From a virus (lineage: Duplodnaviria > Caudoviricetes): 64,000 bases of DNA. A program made the translations under genes and the position numbers. Location of the stretch: IMG/VR virus record IMGVR_UViG_3300032226_000829; one strand, 5' to 3'. Each line of letters starts with the position of its first letter. Positions within the stretch are counted from its first letter, which is position 1. Below are positions 58,210 to 64,000 of the stretch, piece after piece. Under the pieces are notes generated by a model, which saw nothing but the letters and a program-made list of their open reading frames with translations, was not told the DNA's origin and did not search any database.

Positions 58210-58656
58210 CTAGTTGATTAAACCGTTGTTTTCATCAAACTTTAGACGCATGTTTTCAGAAATATTGTAGGGAAGATAGGTAAGATCACATTCTATTTGA
58301 ATTCCACTCTCATAAGTGTCCACTGTGACTGAATTGACCTGCACTCTAGGGTCATAATTGACAATTTCTGTGACATTTTGTATGATGGCTTGCTTCATGT
58401 CTTCTGTGAGTGGTTCAAACAGTGCGTCCCATATAATTGTACCAAATTCAGGATTTTCTAATTTTTCTCCCTGACGGATGTGAAAATGATTCAACAAATC
58501 CTGTTTGATCAGTGCTATGTCATACAGATTAAAACTGTTGGCATCAGGATTCACTGTGCTGACACCTCTATAGGCTCTAGGTCCCACAGGTGCCGAGGGT
58601 GTTTTGTTGGCTCGTACTGTGATGTCTTTGTATAATTTTTTCTCTTTGGTGCTCAT
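58210..58656 (-). CDS. gp25: baseplate wedge protein gp25-like
   Basis: IKQDLLNHFHIRQGEK-x2-NPEFGT-x5-LFEP...YDPRV. Confidence 0.85.
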   Translation of the reverse strand: MSTKEKKLYKDITVRANKTPSAPVGPRAYRGVSTVNPDANSFNLYDIALIKQDLLNHFHIRQGEKLENPEFGTIIWDALFEPLTEDMKQAIIQNVTEIVNYDPRVQVNSVTVDTYESGIQIECDLTYLPYNISENMRLKFDENNGLIN

Positions 58657-58671
58657 ATGAATATTTATTCG

Positions 58672-60156
58672 TTAATTTTTTGTAAAAGTGTCTTTTATTT
58701 GAGTTAAAGAGGAATCGATGATGTTGTTAGGATTTTCTCTGTCTGTTAAATCATTACTAACATTGTTGGGATTTAAGTTTTCATGATGTGGCCAAGGTTC
58801 ATGTTGTGGTACTCTTTTCATAATGCTTTCTGTTTTAGGCAGAACAAAAGTTGTCAAATTGCTCACGTTGATAGCACTGGTAGCACTGGTGCTGCCACTT
58901 CTAGAGGAAGGTGTGGCGTGATCTGTTTTGCCATCAGCTTTAACTGTGTGACTATCACCGCCCAAAGTGAAAAAATAATCTGTTCCAATGTTTTCGTGCA
59001 ATTGATTGCCCACTGTGATATAACCATTGCTGTTGGCTTTCAACGATAATTCAGTACTTTCAATATTTGTATTCAAAGCAGATTTAATATTCACATTACG
59101 ACCTGCTTCAATGTTCACATCTCTGTCTGCTTTAAAATTAAAATCTGTTTCTGTGTGAAAACTGATGCTGTCTTTGGCATACACATCTATTTTGCCATTG
59201 GCTGTTAATTCCACCCAAGTGGTGCCTTTTGAGTTGCTAATGTAGATCAAATCTTCTGAATTGTGCAGCAATATTTGATGACCTGTTCTGGTTCTGATAC
59301 GCACCAGTTCATTGTGAGGTATGGTTTCATCGCCTTCCAACTCAAACAACTCTCTGCTCACATATTCTGAAGGACCTTCAGCTGCAGATGTTTTGCGCAA
59401 AAATTTGTCGTCACCGTCATCCATCACAAAACTGCTGCCGCCCAATCTAGAATAATATCTGCCGCCTTTGCCTCGGGCATTGCCCTGTTTGTCCACAGGT
59501 CCTGGAGTGCTAATGCCAAACACACTGCTGGGTACTTCTCGTCTGGCACTGCTGGTGGTTATTCCTCTGATTTCATCTTCCAATAATCCTTGATTGTTTA
59601 GTATGTTCACAAATCGTTGGTTGATGGGTTTTAGATTTCTTGTGCTGTCAGTTAAATTTCTAGTGTTGTCAATTAATTTTTTATTGTATTCTCCCACAGG
59701 TAATTTTTTTCCTCGCAATGTTGGATCATCGTTGACATCAGTGAATGAAGTTGCAGCTCTACCATCTGGCAGCATAAAATTTTGATTTTCTGCCTGCACA
59801 CAACCAAACCAATAGCCTTTGTTGATGTTGCCTTCCACAAATATCACCAACACTTTAACGCCCACATCAGGTGGCACAAACCACATACCATAACTTTGTT
59901 GGCTGTCTTGATAACCACGATTCATTGTGACTCCATCATAGGAAGTGATACCATAGAAAGGACTGCAGTATTTCACATTCACTCTCTGTCCCACTTCAAA
60001 AGGATCATTGCCACTCACACTGGCTTTGAGCAGTTCCACTTCCAGCGTGCCGGAATATTTGGTGTCCAAATGACTGGTCACTATGGCTTCATATGGTCCA
60101 GGATCTTTGACCATCTGGTCTCTGTTTGAATCTCTTTTTTGTGTACCTCTAAACAT
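58672..60156 (-). CDS. gp5: baseplate central spike gp5/VgrG-like (OB fold plus beta-helix, no evident lysozyme)
   Basis: GMWFVPPDVGVKVLVIFVEG...GYWFGC; RTRTGHQILLH; WVELTANGKIDVYA. Confidence 0.8.
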   Translation of the reverse strand: MFRGTQKRDSNRDQMVKDPGPYEAIVTSHLDTKYSGTLEVELLKASVSGNDPFEVGQRVNVKYCSPFYGITSYDGVTMNRGYQDSQQSYGMWFVPPDVGVKVLVIFVEGNINKGYWFGCVQAENQNFMLPDGRAATSFTDVNDDPTLRGKKLPVGEYNKKLIDNTRNLTDSTRNLKPINQRFVNILNNQGLLEDEIRGITTSSARREVPSSVFGISTPGPVDKQGNARGKGGRYYSRLGGSSFVMDDGDDKFLRKTSAAEGPSEYVSRELFELEGDETIPHNELVRIRTRTGHQILLHNSEDLIYISNSKGTTWVELTANGKIDVYAKDSISFHTETDFNFKADRDVNIEAGRNVNIKSALNTNIESTELSLKANSNGYITVGNQLHENIGTDYFFTLGGDSHTVKADGKTDHATPSSRSGSTSATSAINVSNLTTFVLPKTESIMKRVPQHEPWPHHENLNPNNVSNDLTDRENPNNIIDSSLTQIKDTFTKN

Positions 60157-60168
60157 TATATTGTTCCT

Positions 60169-62409
60169 TTATTGTCCTGTACCTACATTTGCTGAATCAG
60201 GATTAAATGTGACCCCATCACCAGGTGTAATTGATTTGTTATTTTTTTCTGGTTTTTTCTTAACTTCTTGATTTTGTAATCTTATGCACTGTAATTCTTG
60301 TTTGAACACAGCACCTTGAAAAATATTATTGACCATGTTCACTTTATATATACCACTGAAAGCAGGCACTGGTATGAATCTTTCTGCTTGCTGAGCAGTG
60401 TCTCTAAACATGGTTTCACCATTGCTGCCATAATCAATGGGTGTTCTAAAATTAATAGCAATATAAACTCCTGAATAAGTGCCTTCCATGGCTCCATCTT
60501 TGTTTATAAATTTGGATGGTTTGCCATTGGCATCGGGTTTGATGGATGCATAATAATTGCCCATACCGCTGTCTGCTATGTAATAAGGATCACCCAGAAT
60601 GGTCAAATTCACTGTGATTAAATCTGCATTGCTGTGTATGATTGCTTCATTGAATTCCAAAGCCAATCTTTGTTCATCTGACAACCCGCTGATAGCTTCA
60701 TATAGATTGAATTGTCTACGCACCACTCCCATGGTAGATGTGCCTGATCCTGTGTTTGAATCTGCTGTGTCTCCTGGTGTGCTGTCCGAACTATTGTTGC
60801 CATCTTTGGAATCTTTGGCTTTGTCATCTGGTCTACTTTTGGATTTGGCTTGATCTGAAGGCAATATTGCAAGAAAAGCAAAATTGTATTTCAGTTGAAA
60901 ATCCAATACATCAAGATTTTTTCCTGTGTAAAGATAATCATATTCTTTCACAATCTGTGATTCTATATCTTTGGTTTCTGTTTTTACATTGGGTTTGGCA
61001 AATGATGATTCATGCACATCATAAGGTATCACATCATACACAAAAAGATAAGGATTTCTTCCATACTTTTGCATGATGTCGTCGTCTTTGATTATGAAAG
61101 TTCTGGTGGATATTCTAAACCATTTTTTAAATGTTCCACTGTTGTCGTTCAAAGATTTAGCAGCATATTCGCTGAAAGTTATCACTGTGGTTATGATATT
61201 TTCAATATTGCTGCCTTGTTTGAAACTTAATTTTCTAAGGTTTAAATCTTTGATTATTTGAGCAGTGTTCACAACTTTGCTGTTTTTGTCATATCCAAGA
61301 TTTTCAGCCACATTTTCCACTTGTGAAGAACTGACTAAAAGTTTGACTCCGCCTATGGCATTCAATGAGTCTTTGTTTTGTTTGTAAGACAGTCCTTTGG
61401 GAGTGCTGTTAACATCTGTGTTGGTGCCCACTAATACTTTGCGTTGTTCATTAGGTGTGATTTTGCCTGCTGTTGCTGCATCACTGCTGGGTGTGATTGT
61501 GTTTTGTCTGTTTTGCAATGCTTCTGGTGTGGGAAAATTTATAATGTAATCATCTATTTTGTGTTTTCTTTGGTCTTTGTCTTGATTGCTTTTATCTTTG
61601 ATTTGATTCAGTTGATCTTGCAAACTTACCTGCAACATTTCTTGCACTGTGCTGCCTTTCAGTGTGATATCTGTGTTGATGGACTGTATAACTCCATCCA
61701 AAGCAAATTCATTCCATGCAGTGGCTTGACAAGCATAGGTGGATCCTGCTTGGTTGGCTTCAAAATCTATTTGAACGATTTTGATAGGTATTATTCTTTT
61801 GGATCCTTCCACATTATAAATTTTGCCTGTTTCATCATACCCTTTGAATTCCATCATCAAACAATAAGGAGCAGTGGTATGATTTTTGTGACCGCAAGAA
61901 GCTGCCACAGTTCTTAAAGTTTCTATGAATGTGCCCAAACTGTAGGGTTCTATCACAGTAAAATTTATTTTGTAAGCATTGGTGTGTTTGGTTTTTGGAT
62001 TGGGTGATATCACTGTGTTTATATCCACATCTGTGATGAAAAATTCTCTGGCAGCTGTGCCTGAGTTGCTGCCATCCAATGGCTTATCATATTGAGTGGG
62101 AAATTTACTTGCGCTGGATCCACCGTTTCGCAATATAACTTTTTCAGGAGTTTTGATTCTTAAACTGTAGGGATTGTTGATTTCATCCACAGTCAAACAA
62201 CTCAATGTGAAAATTGTGTTGAAACTGCTGAATTTGTGCAATACATTTTTTTGAACATTGGGACTGGTTTCTGCAGCCACATAGTAAGTGCCGCCATCTT
62301 CATCTCTTTGTTCCTTGTATGTTTTTCTTCCGTTGAAGTTTTGAATGGTGTTACCGCCAGCATCTTTGAATTGTACTGAGATGTTGTCATTATTTTTTAT
62401 AATGGACAT
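60169..62409 (-). CDS. baseplate hub protein (gp27-like position)
   Basis: NVLHKFSSFNTIFTL, ITVNLTILGDPYYI, FSGIYKV...F-x-GA-x-FKQEL-x-C-x-R; located between gp53-like and gp5-like genes. Confidence 0.62.
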   Translation of the reverse strand: MSIIKNNDNISVQFKDAGGNTIQNFNGRKTYKEQRDEDGGTYYVAAETSPNVQKNVLHKFSSFNTIFTLSCLTVDEINNPYSLRIKTPEKVILRNGGSSASKFPTQYDKPLDGSNSGTAAREFFITDVDINTVISPNPKTKHTNAYKINFTVIEPYSLGTFIETLRTVAASCGHKNHTTAPYCLMMEFKGYDETGKIYNVEGSKRIIPIKIVQIDFEANQAGSTYACQATAWNEFALDGVIQSINTDITLKGSTVQEMLQVSLQDQLNQIKDKSNQDKDQRKHKIDDYIINFPTPEALQNRQNTITPSSDAATAGKITPNEQRKVLVGTNTDVNSTPKGLSYKQNKDSLNAIGGVKLLVSSSQVENVAENLGYDKNSKVVNTAQIIKDLNLRKLSFKQGSNIENIITTVITFSEYAAKSLNDNSGTFKKWFRISTRTFIIKDDDIMQKYGRNPYLFVYDVIPYDVHESSFAKPNVKTETKDIESQIVKEYDYLYTGKNLDVLDFQLKYNFAFLAILPSDQAKSKSRPDDKAKDSKDGNNSSDSTPGDTADSNTGSGTSTMGVVRRQFNLYEAISGLSDEQRLALEFNEAIIHSNADLITVNLTILGDPYYIADSGMGNYYASIKPDANGKPSKFINKDGAMEGTYSGVYIAINFRTPIDYGSNGETMFRDTAQQAERFIPVPAFSGIYKVNMVNNIFQGAVFKQELQCIRLQNQEVKKKPEKNNKSITPGDGVTFNPDSANVGTGQ

Positions 62410-62410
62410 T

Positions 62411-62713
62411 TTATAATCCTAATAGTGATCTTAATTTAGGACCTTGAGGTAGATAAATTTTTAAATCAGCCACCAAATCATAGATGGGATCTTTCAATGC
62501 TTCAGGATTTCTTTGTGAGAATACCCACCAAAGTTTTGTGGATCCATACAAGTCATAGGCCAATAGATCTGGTCTGTGAGTGTATTGAACTTCCACTGTG
62601 TATAGAACATCGTCGCTGGTTTCGGGCACAGGTCTGATGCTTAACAATCCTAAATATTGTTCATTGACAGTTTCTGTGTTGTGCCAAGGACTCATAATGC
62701 TGTATGTGGCCAT
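62411..62713 (-). CDS. baseplate wedge gp53/LysM-like protein
   Basis: YTHRPDLLAYDLYG-x3-LWWVF-x2-RNP motif. Confidence 0.72.
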   Translation of the reverse strand: MATYSIMSPWHNTETVNEQYLGLLSIRPVPETSDDVLYTVEVQYTHRPDLLAYDLYGSTKLWWVFSQRNPEALKDPIYDLVADLKIYLPQGPKLRSLLGL

Positions 62714-63561
62714 TAGATAAATCCTCCAGATTTTTTGATATATTCTCCATTTATAAAACTATCCATGTTGAATTGTGAAATGGTAGATCTTGAATATTGA
62801 GGCTGCACTGTCACTGTCAACAAACTTTGTGTGGGTGCCCATGCTGCTGTGTTGTATTGTTCTGTTTGACCTTCCAACTCAGGCACTTCCAAAGTGCAAC
62901 TGATATAATCCACATCCTGAGGTAGATCAAATTGAAACTGAGTCACAATCACTGGAATATTTTTAAAAACAAAATCTCCATAGCCATTCAATAAAACCAC
63001 TGGTGGTGGTGATCCAGCATCTGAACTTGATTCACCATATTTCATTTTGGTCACTGATCGCAAATAATGAACAGCTGCCACCCAGTATCTGGCTTCCAAA
63101 GCATTCTGCACAAAAAAATCAGCATTGATTGTGATCTGATCCACTGTGCTGTTGTTGTAAGCGTTCATGGTATAATTTGTGTGTACAGGATTGATAGGCG
63201 TGTAGGATGCGTTGTGACTCACAATGATGGAAGGTGTGTAGGGAAAACACAAACCTCCGGTTTTTGTCAAAGGTGCCATGGCTTCTCCCACAAAGTGTGA
63301 AGGCAAACTTAATTTCACTCTCCAATCTTTTTCTCCAGGTTTGGTGGCTGTGGTGGCCTGAGTGAGTGTTTTGGTTCCTGCAATGCCATCTTTTGGTAAA
63401 AATTTAGATCTGATGTTTGACACAAGATTGGCAGGATTGGTGAAAGCCTGCACTGAAGCAGCCGCTTTTCCAGCTATGTTGGCTGCAGTGCTGCCCACTC
63501 CACCCAAAAAATTGTTCACTGCTAGTGCTGGATCTATGTTGTCGTTTCTGTCTATTGGCAT
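62713..63561 (-). CDS. tail tube initiator / baseplate tail-tube cap-like protein (gp48/gp54 type)
   Basis: DWRVKL, FPYTPSI, HYLRSVTKM, PPPVVLLNGYG-x2-VF-x2-IPV; ATG 63561 preferred (ORF track 63579). Confidence 0.65.
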   Translation of the reverse strand: MPIDRNDNIDPALAVNNFLGGVGSTAANIAGKAAASVQAFTNPANLVSNIRSKFLPKDGIAGTKTLTQATTATKPGEKDWRVKLSLPSHFVGEAMAPLTKTGGLCFPYTPSIIVSHNASYTPINPVHTNYTMNAYNNSTVDQITINADFFVQNALEARYWVAAVHYLRSVTKMKYGESSSDAGSPPPVVLLNGYGDFVFKNIPVIVTQFQFDLPQDVDYISCTLEVPELEGQTEQYNTAAWAPTQSLLTVTVQPQYSRSTISQFNMDSFINGEYIKKSGGFI

Positions 63562-63580
63562 ATGGTTATCTTTTCTCAAG

Positions 63581-63615
63581 TATTTATTGACAAAATTAAC
63601 TGGGTAGTTTATACT
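63581..63615. promoter_or_regulatory. abutting divergent promoters: late TAAATA (-, 63581-63586) and sigma70 TTGACA-N17-TATACT (+, 63587-63615)
   Basis: Direct reading tatttaTTGACAaaattaactgggtagttTATACT. Confidence 0.78.
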
Positions 63616-63639
63616 GAAGGCTAATTATAAAGGAATTCG

Positions 63640-64000
63640 ATGAAAAAAATCAACTACCTCAACAACAAAGATCTGTTGGAAGAAATACACAAATCCAAGA
63701 ACAGCTATTGCAGTTACACCAAAGATGAACATCACAGATATGATGCTATTGTATCCTCATTGGAAAAGATCAATGTGAGAACCATTGCCGAAGCCAAAAG
63801 AGTCAGAGCCAAAAGACTATCAGTGGAAGAATTTGAAAGACGCAAAGCAGTGGATCCCAAAGTGAAACTGTCTGAGTGTGAAGTGGACTATAAAAAAATT
63901 CAAAAGGAAGATTTGGTGTTCAGAGTGATGACCTATGATCACATACCCAATGAACCTGGACGCAAAAAAAATCCCAAGAGTTCAGCAGACTCCAAAGTTA
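63640..64000 (+). CDS. 3'-truncated CDS, MKKINYLNNKDLLEEIHKSKNSYC...; probable gp55-like late-transcription sigma factor
   Basis: Not in the ORF track (no stop in window); AAGGA SD; open to the window end; NYLNNKDLL resembles the recalled T4 gp55 N-terminal NYVNNKELL. Confidence 0.6.
   Translation, partial: MKKINYLNNKDLLEEIHKSKNSYCSYTKDEHHRYDAIVSSLEKINVRTIAEAKRVRAKRLSVEEFERRKAVDPKVKLSECEVDYKKIQKEDLVFRVMTYDHIPNEPGRKKNPKSSADSKV

Noticed and set aside
54739-63561. Extracellular contractile injection system / T6SS locus in a bacterial chromosome
   Set aside because: The baseplate gene order is similar, but T4-type late promoters, a gp55-like gene, phage fibres and the absence of bacterial housekeeping genes indicate a myophage.
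285-63607. Numerous short antisense or alternate-frame ORFs in the ORF track (e.g. 6083..6676, 31200..31586, 41399..41836, 61444..61917)
   Set aside because: They are fully nested in longer motif-bearing genes, lack SD or promoter support, and have compositions typical of shadow ORFs.
1-64000. tRNA, rRNA, CRISPR arrays, transposases or integrases
   Set aside because: None recognised by eye; intergenic gaps are mostly too short. A tRNAscan/Infernal run would be needed to exclude small RNAs formally.

Overview
Window from a large, AT-rich, T4-like (jumbo) myophage genome, densely coding in the standard genetic code. 1-5939: small conserved-looking genes plus a MoxR-type AAA+ ATPase / HExxH-vWA pair under a sigma70-type promoter. 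6012-7373: an isolated tail-fibre-like gene. 7385-32644: a ~25 kb, ~30-gene enzyme island arranged as five transcription units in two divergent and three convergent junctions. It holds 8 radical SAM enzymes (one with a Tes/MJ0619-type N-terminal metal site), 7 Fe(II)/2-oxoglutarate-type oxygenases, a class III PLP aminotransferase, an amidinotransferase, a QueC-like adenylating enzyme, an SDR, a GNAT, a methyltransferase, an SGNH protein, two kinase-like proteins and four glycosyltransferase-like proteins. 32746-63561: a minus-strand tail/baseplate module with three fibres sharing an N-terminal anchor, a 4895-aa wedge protein, and gp6-, gp25-, gp5-, hub-, gp53- and tube-initiator-like genes. 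63640-end: a partial gp55-like late sigma factor gene. A TAAATA late-promoter core sits just upstream of the structural genes and at the head of every operon of the island (once as TAAGTA). The island has no room for a precursor peptide. The main hypothesis (inference) is a late-expressed phage pathway that builds an unusual modified glycan or adduct and attaches it to virion proteins. All product calls come from motif reading and recalled family knowledge; no database search was run.
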